From the NCBI GenBank assembly GCA_964016885.1, contig OZ024759.1:25296001-25360000 (forward strand): a DNA stretch of 64,000 nucleotides, in the 5' to 3' direction. Each line of letters opens with the position of its first letter. Position 1 is the stretch's first letter. Under the pieces are notes generated by a model, which saw nothing but the letters and a program-made list of their open reading frames with translations, was not told where the DNA came from and searched no databases. A program made the translations under genes and the position numbers. This DNA is from Eledone cirrhosa. Lineage: Eukaryota. Positions 1 to 13,583 of the stretch are shown one piece after another.

Positions 1-3000
1 TGTAGTTGTTGTTAGACCTTCATCGTTTTCGACGATGAGTGCTCCAACTGGACCAAGCAACGGAATAGCGTGCAAGTGGCTGAGCATTCGGATAAGTGCA
101 CCTTAAATGTAGTTCTCAGGGAGATTCAGTGTGACACAGTGTGTGACAATGTCTGTCCTTCGAATTAATTACAGGTACAATTCATTTTTGCGAGCTAAAT
201 GGACTGGAGTAACAGAAAATAAAGTGTCTTGCTTAATAATGGTTTCTGAGTTAGGCACAAGACCTAGAGGGAAGAGAGGAAAGTCGATGAAATCGACCCC
301 AGTGCGTAACTGGTTCTTTATTTTATAGACCCCGTAATGACGAGGGGCAAATCTAACCTCGATGGGATTTGAACTCACAACACCCCACTGGGAATCGAAC
401 TCATAAGCTGAACACCCCTAACTCTGAGGCCACGGGCATTCACATATATGTATGTACACACACACACACACACACGAGTTTATTGTGTAAAACGACGATA
501 TTTTCTGCTATTTCTTCATCTATCAAAATATATCGATCAGTTTTTGACGCTAAAGGATGTATTATTAGGTTGACATTGTACGTTCATTCAAAATAACATT
601 TAAAAAATTCAAATAATTGGATATGCAAGAGAAATCCATTTTGAACTCTCTTAAAATTTCTAATTTTTTCAATTATTATTTTTATTTTTCAATGTCTATC
701 TATAAATTATAAAAGAGAACGCTGTGCATCTCTGGAAATTCCTTACGAAGCAATTCCGGCCTTGTTATTTTATTGGTTTAACAATTAGCCTTTAGTTAAA
801 TAATTCTTTTCAAATATATTCATGAATAGATTTAGTTCAGTGGAAATAATATGTTCATAATTAGCAAATTAAACCCCATTATTGTAATCAATAGATTGCC
901 TCAATGTTTGAATATAACCAATATTTAAGGTATTTATATTTTCACCAACGTGAAAAGGAACGGAAAATAGCATTTAAAAGGCTGGGTAAATTGTAATTAG
1001 GAATATAATTTAGATGTGAAAAATAGATTTACGGTTATAAATATTTGAAATCGAGGAAGATTACAACCACAAATACTTAAAGACACAAATGGGTGGTTTT
1101 AAATCCTATTACTATTATTTTTATTATTATTATGAAGTCGGCGAGGGCGGTGGTTTGACAGAATCGGTAGAGCGTTGGACAAAATGCTTTGCGGCATAGA
1201 CCCTTATGTTCTGGTTTCAAATCCCACCAAGGTTAACTTTGCCTTTTATCCTTTCGGGGGTCGACAAAATAAAGCAGCAGTAATGTACTAGGGTCAATCT
1301 AATTGACTTTCTCCTTCCCCAAAATTGTTGACCTTGTCCCTAAATCACGAACCATTATTGTTAATATGAAGGCGGTGGATTGGTAGAATCAGTAGAGCGA
1401 CGGACGAATGCTTAGCAATATTTGTTTCGGCTATTTGTGTTTTGAGTTCAAATCCCGTCAACTTTGCCTTTTATCCTTCTAAGATCGATACCTATGCTTA
1501 GCGACTTGTCCAGGAGAAAATTGCCCACATCCTCTTAAGACTACTTAAACGTGAGTTGAACACCAAGCATGGTACTCCTTGTGAGACCTGAAACGGTTAC
1601 GTATCTATATTATTATATCTAAAGTAGAGCGTAGGATCGTACGTCGGACGGTCTGGCTCACCTGGAGGTCAGAGGCTCCGATTAAGTACTGACTGGTCTT
1701 TGACAACATGTCCAAAAACTTGCTAGCAGGGAAAACGGGCGTTAAACAATGGTGGTGATGATGATTACAAAGCTACATGATGATTACCTTAGCTCTAACC
1801 ACATTTATTCCACCAAACCCTATATGTAAATAAAAAATGCTGATGTAGGAAGAGGCATAACAAGGGTGTGGAAAGCATGGCAAGTGCCATGGGTGCTACT
1901 TGAAGGCTTTGTGCCACTTGGACTAGGAACACTTTCTATTCAAGTCAGATAAGCTATCATCAGAAAGTGAAATGAAAAAAGAAACTTCTTCAGATGTATG
2001 ATCTGTCTTTGATTACCATGGGTGAGAAGCACTGTGGTGGCTGGATCATTAAACTATCACAGTTTTCATCACCAGTTGCGAGAGATCATTCAGCAAGCTG
2101 GAACTGATACTTTCCTATCTCAGAGACTCCATGTGTCAAGTCAGAAGCGTGTGGCCTAATGGTAAGGGTGTTGGATTTACGCTCATAATGTCGTGAGTTT
2201 GATTCCTGGACTGATACTCCCATATTTGAGAGATTCCATGGGTCAAGTCGTAGGCGCGTGGCATACTGGTAAAGGTATTGGGTTTACGATCATAATGTCA
2301 TTGGTTCAATTCCTGTGTGTTCTTGAGCAAAACACTTCATTTCACGTTCCTCTAGTGTATTACTTTGACGCTAAACTCCGCCAGTTGCAGACTGCGCATC
2401 AACATGAAATATTTTTCTCCACAAAGTTCGATCGCCAACAGTAGAGTTTAAAGATCAAAGATCAAGTCCAGTCTATAGGTTGATATTGTCAAGCCATCGT
2501 TTTGGCTGCCGGCCTCTGCTTCTCTTACCAGCCAACCTTCCTTCCAGGTATAACCTACTCACAACATTGATCTTTTTATATGACCGTATAGTTAGAGTAC
2601 TTTCGACTTGACAATTGATGTAATTGGTCTAAGTCTGGGTATGTTGAGCAGCTCACTGATACCTATACGGTCGCTGAGCCGCTTGCCAGTTATAAGTCTC
2701 ATGATGTGGTTCTGGAATGTAAGAGCTTCTGAAGTGACCTTGTCGTCCAATTAACACAGTCAAGACCATATAACACAACTGGTAGGATGTAAGTACATTC
2801 AGAAAGTCTTGCAGATCAGTTCTAGAGTAACTCATGATGGCCAGATGGCCAGTGTACTCAGCTGAAAATGAGTACACTGGAGCAACCCTGCGATGGACTG
2901 GCGTTCTTTCCAGCGGAGTGGGGATTTTTGTACTCTCAATCACTTAACACCACAAAAACTGGGATAAGCACCGGCATGATAAGCGTCCGGGGGTTCAAGA

Positions 3001-3664
3001 CAGACTTTAACCCTGCAATGGTTCTGTCGAGGGGAGAGTCATGTGCTCTCAGTCGCTTAACCTCACGGAAACCGAGATAAGCACCCGGCTTGATGAGAAC
3101 TCCGGTCTCGAAAAAGACTTTTATATACAGCGTTCGTCTGAAAGTGGCTGATATTAAAAGAATACTATATATTCTGACTTAAGTAAATCTGAAACTATTA
3201 AATGTTACGAAATGTCTTTTCTATTCAACCAGACTCTATCTATTTGGTAGTTACTGACAATATTCCCATCAAACAAAACTATTAACACTGTCTCACATGT
3301 TTATATTTACAGCTTTTTCTTTAAAACTTGGCACTCGTTACAACATAATCGTCTGTTCACAATAATCAGATATTTTACTGACAAACTCTACTACTACTAC
3401 TACTACTAACTACTAAATTCATTTACTTCTTTGTGGTGACATGATAAAATCTTTCCATCTTACACGATCAAGCATTAACTGCCTCGGCTCTTCAATGGAT
3501 AGTTCTGTATCTTCCTCAATAGCTCTCTTTTGGAAAATAACTTAACAAAGGTTTTTACATAAAATTATGATGGAAGATTTTTACTACTACTACTACTAAC
3601 AACTACTAAATTCATCCAATTCTTTGTGGTGACATAAAACCTTTCCATGAATTACTCTCTTTAA

Positions 3665-3860
3665 TGTGTTCGTTTGAGAGGTCTTCCGCGTTTGCGTTTC
3701 ACGTTTGTGGGTTCTCATAGTAAAAGTTTTGTAGTAAGTTCGTTGCCTCTCATGACATGACCTGTCAGTTGAAAACGCCTGACACGAATGATATGGTTAA
3801 TGGGCGGGAGGTTGCCGTAAAGAATTTTGTTTGTAACACACACAGTCAAGAAGTTTGCTG
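3665..3860 (-). mobile_element. RTE LINE fragment
   Basis: TNKILYGNLPPINHIIRVRRFQLTGHVMR...KRKRGRP. Confidence 0.7.
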
Positions 3861-3979
3861 GAGGGTTTTTTTTTTAGCATTCGTGTGTAGCAACCATCTT
3901 AAGCTTTGGTGAATCTGTTCAATTTTATTAGGTTTTTAATAGTTTTGTTTTTAGTAAGAATGGCTCTAAAGCGTTAAAA

Positions 3980-4435
3980 GTGAAACCTTTCCATCTTCAT
4001 TCTAAACCCTTAAATTTCTGGATCAACACTGACGTCCACTTTAATGTCCGTCCACTGTACTCTTTTTGGTTTGAAATCTATATCTTCTGCTTTCGTTTCT
4101 TCACACTTTAGCCTCAGTTTTATTTTACCAGCCAGATGTGTAAAATAATTCTGTTAGAGTGTAATGTTGTTTTTATGTCTTTTCTCTATCTTCATTAAGT
4201 AGTCTTAAAAGTGTTCAGCGATGCTTTTCTATGCAACTTCAGGAAGAAATTCTTTACTTTCCTCACTTCATGATGTTTTATATTCTTTCAGTATTTATGT
4301 GGAGATAATCTGATATCTATTTTATTATCTTTCCACATTATTCTCGCTCCTTTATTACACAAGCAATTGATTGTATTAAAGTTATAACTTACCATTGTCA
4401 CAACTGGTGTGTCGATAGCAATGATTGAGTTTTTC
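3980..4435 (-). mobile_element. Highly degenerate LINE remnant, possibly R4/Dong
   Basis: IIAIDTPVVTMVSYNFNTIN-like translation resembling Dong RT C-terminal motifs. Confidence 0.35.
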
Positions 4436-5297
4436 TTTTTCTTTTTTGGTGGGGCAGGGGTGGGGCTGGGGGCTTAGAGTTAAACAAACAAAAACATAAA
4501 AACAAAAAAAGTATCTATCCTTGAACCCACAGCAATGGTGACTGCTAGCGTTCTGAGAACCAGAATCACCTATCTACTCATTGCTATAGGGGCAGGCAGG
4601 CTTGGGCACCTGCAAGGGGTGAACCCAACGAGTTGGAAAGCCGATGCCAACCCGTCTCCAACACTATCTTCCGGAGTAACGCTTTCTCTATTCTATCCAC
4701 AGAGAGAGAGAGAGATGGGGAGAGAGATAGATAGAGAGATAGCGAGAGAACGAGAATGAGAGAGAGAGAGCGGGGAGACAGAATAGACCCCAGTATTGGA
4801 CTGGTACTTTACTAACCAGAGAAAGGATGAAAGGCAAAGTTGACCTATGATCTATGCGGGATGTGAATTCAGATCGAAATGAACCAGAACGAATGTCGAG
4901 ACATTTTTATATTTTTCTTTAATGCGACGCTCAAAAGACTCAACCAATTCACTGCCTTCGCAACGCAAATGTCGTGCCTGATTGTCATTTCCTGGCGTAG
5001 TTCTTTCTGTTTCCAACTTGGTTTCTCTGGTAATTAAGAGTATTAATGTTAGACAGAATGGCAACAGGAATGTTTAATTATCGTTGAACAGTTTGCTTCC
5101 GACGGATATTGCTAAACTATTCTCCTCTCCTTGTGTACGTTTAGACTAATTTCTTATGCCAGCTCTGTCAAGCGTTGTTGATGTCATATTATCTATGGCT
5201 TGTGTGTGTTTTGAATATGTCTCATAGGAACACTCTATTAAAACGACGTTTATAATTAATCCAAGATCATATAAATGTTAATCTTTATTCCAGTTGA

Positions 5298-5700
5298 AGG
5301 CGACGATGTGGCAGAGTTGTTAAAACGTCAGCTAAAATATTTTGCGGTATTTGTACATATAATCCCAGGTAGCAAGATGGCAGAGTCGTTAGAAGGGGAG
5401 ATAGAATATTTTGCGGCATTTCTTCATATAATCCCAGGTAGCAAGGTGGCAGAGTCGTTAAAAGGGCAGATAGAATATTTTGCAGTATTTCTACATATAA
5501 TTCAAGGTAGCGACGTTATTAGAACATAATATAATCCAAAGTGGCAAAGTCATTAGAACGCCAGATAAAATATTTTGCGGTATTTTTTACATATAATCCA
5601 AAGTGACCGACTTATTTGAACGTCGAATAGAATATTTGGCGGTATTCGTTTCGGCTCTCTGAGCTGAGTTTCAATCGCGCCGAGGTCAACTGTGCCTTTC
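5298..5700 (+). repeat. ~69-bp tandem repeat of SINE head
   Basis: Repeated ggtagcaag.tggcagagtcgtta...aatattttgcgg.attt...catataatccca, ending in a single B-box and body. Confidence 0.75.
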
Positions 5701-5961
5701 AAAAGAAGTAATATATGTAGTGTATATTATATATGTAGTAATATATGTAGTGTATATTATATATGTAGTAATATATACAGCTTGATAACGTCTGTCTTCT
5801 CCATTTCTTGGCTGTTGTGGTCCGTGTTCGGTTTGCCGAATTTGGAGGGTGGGTGGTGTGTTGGTTTAGCAGGAGTCATCTGTGCAGTTTGGCGTTCGAT
5901 TTAGGGTATTTGCTAAGTGTTTTGTGGACAAATTGAAGCAATAACGGTCATATTTACGTGC

Positions 5962-6022
<61 letters not shown>

Positions 6023-6030
6023 TATATATA

Positions 6031-6592
6031 GACCATAGTATCTAGAATAAGGACGGGTTGGAAGAAGTTTAGGGAGCTGCTTCCTCTGTTGACAAAGAAG
6101 GGTTTCTCCCTGCGTTAGAAAGGCCGGTTATATGATGCCTGTGTGAGATGCACGATGCTGCATGGTAGTGAGACATGGGCAGCAACTGCAGAAGATAAGC
6201 GACGGCTGGAGAGAAATGAGGCAAGCATGCTCCGTTGGATGTGCAATGTCAATGTGCATGAACGACCAAGTATAGATGAGTTGAGAGAGAAACTGTGTAT
6301 AAGAGGGATAAGTTGTAGTGTGCGGGAGAGAAGACTACGATGGTATGGACATGTGATGCGCATGGAGGAGGACCACTGGATAAAGAAGTGCCAAGAAATC
6401 CCAGTAGAAGGAAGACGCAGTAGAGGAAGATCACGAAAAACATGGGCGGATGTGGTGAGAGCAGACCTCAGATCGCTTAAGCCCACGGAGGAGATGACGA
6501 ATGACAGAGACAATTGGAGAAATGCTGTGCTGAATAGGACCCGTCCCACCCTTGCAAGCAGGGAAAAGCGGATGTAAAATGATTATGATGAT
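6031..6592 (+). mobile_element. 5'-truncated RTE-clade LINE (3' end)
   Basis: RTGWKKFRELLPLL...LHGSETW...[10 protein letters not shown]...GRSRKTW, followed by the 3' tail gcaagcagggaaaagcggatgtaaaatgat. Confidence 0.9.
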
Positions 6593-7343
6593 ATATATAT
6601 ATATATATATATGAAACAATGTTCCCTTAAAAAGTGAAAAGTTGTAGTCAGACAGTACGTACCAGCAGAGGTAGTAGTAAGATCGCAGTGGCAAGGAAGC
6701 TGTGTTGTCTATATGAAGAGGCAGATGACTGTGTGGTTGAAGTGCAGATGGAAGAATTGCTGTTGGGCCCTTGTTGAGAGGGTCGTAGCGTTTTGCTAAG
6801 AGCTACATCTCGTTACTTGCATGAGCAACTCAAAGTGATCCTTCTTTTCCAAGGAACCAGAATCGAATGACCTAAAGAAAAACTTATCTCATTTAACCCC
6901 AAGTTGGCCAGCCTGTTCAGACCACTGACGCCAACCTGAGATAGAGAGAAACAACAGCCAGATGTAATTCGGAGGTTAGTATGTGCGAAGAAATGTTGCT
7001 ACATATATTTATTATATATATATAATCTCCAAACATACGAACAAAATAATAAATGTTGAAGACCATAACTTTATCTCAACTAAAATATTTTTTATGACTT
7101 CAGATCAGCCAATGATTTCACAGAATTTGTTATAGTATCATTGTGTATTTAGAAAATTGCCAAATAAATAAACTGTCTTGTATCATGATCTACCGCAAAT
7201 ATGTCTTTATAAACCTCTCCTTCCCAGTAGCTACAGTTATAGGTATCATAAGAATTATTCTTAATGCAATTCCCGGATTCAGTATGACATTCTGTAACTA
7301 ATTACTGTAATAGCTTCCTTCTATCGGAAACTATATCTCCAGG

Positions 7344-7380
<37 letters not shown>

Positions 7381-7717
7381 AATGTGTGTATGTATGTATC
7401 CCCCCCCCCCAAAAAAAAACGTATACACACTTTAATTACCTTTACAGGCAATATTTACTAGAATGCTGTTGAAGTATGTATACATTTTTGGGACACTTTA
7501 TATATATGTATATATATTGGCAATATCTAGTTTAGTTCATGCTTCCAGTCTATAATTCTAGATTTTTCTAAAAAAAAAAAATATATCTGAGACGCCTATA
7601 ACTTTGCAACAAAAGCAACACATACGAGTATATTATTCGCTTTTCTCTGTGTAAACAAGCCACCTTCAGTTGTTAATTTTCCTATATATTTATACATATA
7701 TATGTGTGTGTAATTTC

Positions 7718-7770
<53 letters not shown>

Positions 7771-8624
7771 ACTACTTTAAAACTCATAGCGAATGGTCTT
7801 CAAAATGTTTTTAAATAAACATACAGTATATTATCAAATATAATATACATACATTCATACATACATTGCTATTTCAGAGCACTGATACTAGTTCCATGTA
7901 TAGGTGTGTGTATATATATATATATATATAAAGAGAGAGAGAGGTAGTGTGTTCACATCAATTACCAAACCATACTTGGGGACACGGCTTTCACCTAAAA
8001 AGGATTTTCAACTCGTGTATATATTATCACCATACACACACAAACACACACACACATATATATATATATATAACAGAGAAACTACATTTATGTGCACCTT
8101 TAGAAAAGCTCTAATTACAAATATGCCATCATATCTGGTAATAGCAAAATAAAGAACTACAACATAAAGGTTTTTAAAGTTACTTACATTTTCAGTCATA
8201 AATTTGTAAGAATTCTCTCTGTGGCTGATCATGGCTCTTTTATGTATTACTGTTATTTGGTGGATTGACAGTATCAGTAGGGCATTGGATGGCCATTTAC
8301 GTTCTGTGTTCAGATGCCACCGAGGCTAGCCTTTGCCTTACATCCTAACTGGGGGAAGGGAATAAAATAAATTACTAGTTGCGCACTGAGGTCAATTTAA
8401 TCGACTTTCCCCCTCCTGCCAAATTTGTTGGCCTTGTACCTAAATCAGAAACCATTATTTAGGAAGGGGAAGGGCGGTGAATTGGCAATATCGGTAGAGC
8501 ATCAGACACCATGCTTAGCAGCATAGAGTTATGGCCCTTTAGGTTCTGATTTCAAAGCCCACCAAAGTTAGCTTTGCATTTCAGCCTTACAGGGTCAATA
8601 AAATAAAGCACTAGTAATGTCAAG

Positions 8625-8935
8625 AAAATTTTAGAGCATATGTCTTCCTTCAATGGAATTAAGACATATCAGCAACAAATATTACTGCACAATTGAAGGT
8701 GAGTGGAATTAACAATGTTCCAGCCAATTCAATCATATACCATTGGGAGAAACAATTCAAAGATGGCAGTAGACCATCACTTATTGATGCTCCTTATTCT
8801 GGCCATCCTTGCACAGCCACTATTCATGCGAACATTCAACTCATTCAAAGTATTGATGCAGAACCAAAACAATCATTTTGTTGCACTACATATGTTACTA
8901 GAATAAACAAAGAAAATTTGTTTTCGCTCCATTAG
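8625..8935 (+). mobile_element. Degenerate mariner transposase N-terminal (HTH) remnant
   Basis: IYHWEKQFKDGSRPSLIDAPYSGHPCTAT...NI resembles mariner W.K.FK.GR.S..D.PRSGRP.T. Confidence 0.65.
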
Positions 8936-9109
8936 AAGAGGTGGTGGATGAATTGGTGCACAGATTTCGACAATTGCTGAAAGAATGATTCCGGAAAGGA
9001 GTTAAATGCTTTACATAAGCACTGTTAGTGCATTTGTGTTAGTGCAACGTATTTTCGTGAAGGATTTTTCGATCTCTGACATGCATTGTAGAGAGCACTA
9101 ATAAACATG

Positions 9110-10450
9110 AATTAGAAAATAGCACAATGGAGAGCATCCAGCAGATAGCTAACTCCATACACCAGAGTATAACTGTAACTGTTGACTACCTTTCCAAACA
9201 CCATAACAATAGACTACCAGTATTAGACATGGAACTCTGGATTAACACTATAGACGAGAGGGCCCAAATTCTCCACTCACACTATGCTAAACCCATGGCC
9301 TCCAAATAGCTGATACTAAAAAACTCAGCAATGCTCAATAGTGCTAAGTTTAATATTCTGATCACAGACTTGGTAAGAGTGATGAAGAATGTGTCCCACA
9401 TGTGCGACCCAACGGAAATGGAAAGACACATCCAACACTTCATCAATCGCATGCAGTTCTCTGGCTACAACCAAAGAGACAGTATAAGAGTATACAAAGG
9501 ATCCATGGAGAAATATAAGACCCTCATAGAAATGGACATAAAAGGAATTTGCCCATTATACATAAGATCGGGAAAGCCACTTCATGGTACAACAATCAGA
9601 GATACCAGAGTGTCATGTCCGTGGATGTTACCCCTGGAGGTAAATTAGCTAACCAATGTAGAAAGGCCCTAACAAAGACCCATTTAAAGATTAAACTGAT
9701 AGAAAAGCCAGGAACTACCATAAAATCCCTGATCAGCAAGACATACCCTCTTTAAGAAAACCCACTGTACAAATAAGAAATGTGTTATATGTAAAATGAA
9801 CCCCCAGATAAACTGTAAAACTAGAAATGTAGTCTATAGCATAAGATGTACAGAGGGAACTTGCAGAAACATGACAACGACATACATAGGTGAGACAGCT
9901 CGAAGCATAGGAGAAAGAATAGACCAACACTGGGGGGAACTAAAAGGACAAAAAAACGCCAGACAAAGACATGATGGTAATATAGACAACATAGAAATTA
10001 AAATAATATCCAAGCATAGAAATGACTCAACAGGTAGGCAAATCAGAGAAGCAACTGAGATAGAACTAAGAAGACTGAAGTTGAACAGGAAGACCGAATG
10101 GAATAACAACAACAACCATACCCAAACAAACAATACTGACTTAAGGGAAATATAAATAAATAAATAAATAAATAAATAAATATATACACAAGTACAATAA
10201 CAACAAACATATATAAATACACACTAGTGAACAAAGATAGAATACAAAAACACGTACACTCAAACACGAACATTATACACACACGCAAACGCATGCGCAG
10301 AGACAGAGACAAGAATAAATAAATAAATAAATAAAAATAAAAATGGCGTAGACATTACAATACAATACAATACAATACAATAGGAGGAAACATAATAGTA
10401 CCACTGATGATGTTGCAGATGTGCAACGAAAGAACTTTGATAGACTATAT
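9110..10450 (+). mobile_element. Penelope-like element (RT C-terminal region + GIY-YIG endonuclease), degenerate
   Basis: LPVLD...YAKP; NCKTRNVVYSIRC...YIGETARSIGERIDQH...RQIREA...KLN. Contains stops and frameshifts. Confidence 0.88.
10395..10450 (+). ncRNA. Hammerhead-ribozyme-like core at the Penelope 3' end
   Basis: CTGATGA(10404)-t-gttgca-gatg-tgcaac-GAAA(10431) has the conserved core boxes with a perfect 6-bp stem II. Stems I and III are unclear. Confidence 0.55.
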
Positions 10451-10494
10451 GTATATATTTATATCAATATATTTATATCATTATTACTATACAT

Positions 10495-10528
<34 letters not shown>

Positions 10529-10606
10529 ATATATACATATATACATATATATACATATATACATATATATATATATATACATATATACATATATATATAT
10601 ATACAC

Positions 10607-10779
<173 letters not shown>

Positions 10780-11262
10780 TGATATATATATATTCCCCAA
10801 TAACACACAACCGATACATAGCTCAATAGATTAAACATCTACCTCCCTCTCTCCCTACCTTTGCTGCCTCTACCACCACTGCAGCCGCCACCCCACCACC
10901 TCCCTCAAATAATGAGTTCTGGCCTATGAGGATAGAAATCAATATATTATTTAAAATGATTAAAAGCTTTTACGAAAGAAATATGGATAATCATAGAATC
11001 AATAAAGCCGGCAAATAGTTTATCAAATATTTGCATATAAATCATACGTCCTGTCAATAGAAGAGAAAAGGTGGTGTTGGTGTGTGTATGTCGGGACAGG
11101 GCGGTGTCTGAGGGTGGGGGTAGGGTGAGGTGAGGTGGCAGTGAGGGTGAGATGTGGTGAAGGTGACAAGTAGGAAATGAGTTCGGAGATTCGGAGACTG
11201 GCGGGGTAGCTAGACAGTCAGTCATGTTTTGTATATGTATATATATATATACATACATATTA

Positions 11263-11293
<31 letters not shown>

Positions 11294-11346
11294 TAGATAT
11301 ATATATACATATAGATATATATATATACATATATATATATACATAG

Positions 11347-11424
<78 letters not shown>

Positions 11425-11920
11425 TTACATACATATATATATATACATACATATATATATATACATACATATATATATACATACCTCCCATGGGTACAAG
11501 CTGAAGCATATAGATGCCCCCACACCCCCCACTGCAAGGTGGTCGTGGAGGTGCCACGGCAAAAAAGCACCCAGCCCAAACTGTAAAGTGGACGTGTAGG
11601 CACCACGTAAAAGCACCCAGCACTCACTGTAAATGAGGTTGGTGTTAGGAAGGGCATCCAGCTGTAGAAATCAAGCCAAATCAGTTCCTGTATGAGCAAG
11701 GCATGGTCAGCCGACCAGACACTGCCGACAACAGGACAACCCGTCTAACCCATGCTAGCGTGGAAGAACGGACGTAAAACGGTGATGATGATGATGATGT
11801 TGACATACATATGTATATACATACATATATACATACATACATATGTATATACATATATATATACATACATATATATATATATACATACATATATATATAC
11901 ATACATATATATATATATAC

Positions 11921-13397
11921 ATCATCATCATCATCATCATCATCAACGTTTAACGTCCGTGTTCCACGCTTGCATGGGTTTGGACGGGGGTAGTCCCACT
12001 TGAGGCAAGAGTGATTGTCTTGCTCGCATAGGACTGTCTGGCAGGTTTTCTACAGTTGGATGCCCTTCCTAACACCAACCACATTTACAGTGTGGGTCTG
12101 GGAGGTTTTTACCGTGTTGCCTACACGGCCACATTACAGCGTGGACTGTGTGTTTTTTGTCGTGACACCTACACGATCTCATTTGTTTCGGCCTCGAAGG
12201 CGCGGCACCAACATAACTTTACATAGAACGGGGTGGTGTGGATCGGGTGGGGGTGGGGGTGGTGGGACGGGGTGTATTTTGTTAGAGATGCCTACTGGCT
12301 GGAGTAGGTTTTACTATATATTTAGGTAAGGCGGGTCTTCTCTGTTACTGAGTACCGCCAAAGGTCTCGGTCCAGTGACATTGTCTTGGAGAGGTGTAAG
12401 TGTGTGATGTCGGAGTTTATCAGCTCGTCCCAGGTTTTTCTAGGTCTGCCTATTCCGTGACTACCGTCTATCTTTATTGCCCTGCACTTTGTTATACAGC
12501 TATCGACTTTCATGCGCATCACGTGTCCATACCAACGTAGCCTTCTCTCGAGTAAACAACATCTGATCCCTCTTATCTCTAATTTTTTCCTTAGTTCGTT
12601 TATGCTTTGCCGTTCACGTATATTACTGTTACACATCCAGCGGAGCATGCAAGCTTCGTTCCTCTCTAGTCTGCGTATATCCTCTGCACACAATGCCCAG
12701 GTCTCACTGCCATGCAGCATTGCTGTTCGTATGCAGGCATCGTACAACCTGCCTTTCATTTTTAGTGAGAACCCTTTAGCAGCTAATAGTGGTATAAGCT
12801 CTCTGAACTTTTTCCAACCAGTTCTGACTCTAGCTACAGTACTTTCAGAGCACCCTCCCCCACTGCTGATTTTATCGCCCAGGTAACGGAAGCTGTCCAC
12901 TATTTCTATAGAACCCTCTGCGCAATTGAAAGAGCTAGTAGTTTGTGGGCACTTGCTGCTACTTATTGCACCAGAGCACCGGCCACATGTAAAATCTATG
13001 TTCTTAGTTAGCTTACCTGTGATCCCACTACATCTTTTATGCACCCATACTTTGCATTTAGGACATAAAATGGAGTTTCTACCTACGCCTTTCCTACACA
13101 CCGAGCACGACCATTTCCCAGAAGGGACCGCCGCCTTGTTTTCTTTCCTACAAACTAGCACTTTGGTCTTAGCCAGGTTAATTTTAAGTCCTTTTGACTC
13201 TAGGCCGTGCTTCCATGTTTGGAATTTCTTCTCTAGCTCGGCCATTGATTCCGCTATGAGTGTCAGGTCGTCTGCGTATAGGAGTTCCCATGGGCAGCCT
13301 GTCTTGAACTCCTCTGTTATAGCCTGAAGGGCAATAATAAATAGTAGTGGACTGAGAACAGAGCCCTGATGGACGCCAACTTTTACGCTAAACTCTT
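11921..13397 (-). mobile_element. 5'-truncated RTE LINE with RT (YADD), PHD finger and 3' UTR
   Basis: ORF 12322-13245 with upstream in-frame LYADDL, the PHD pattern CSVC...CPKCKVWVHKRC...CGRC, and an (ATG)n tail. Confidence 0.92.
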
Positions 13398-13546
13398 ATA
13401 TATATACATACATATATATATACATACATATATATATATATACATACATATATATATACATACATATATACATACATACATATATATATATACATACATA
13501 TATATATATACATACATATATATATATACATATATATATTACATAA

Positions 13547-13583
<37 letters not shown>

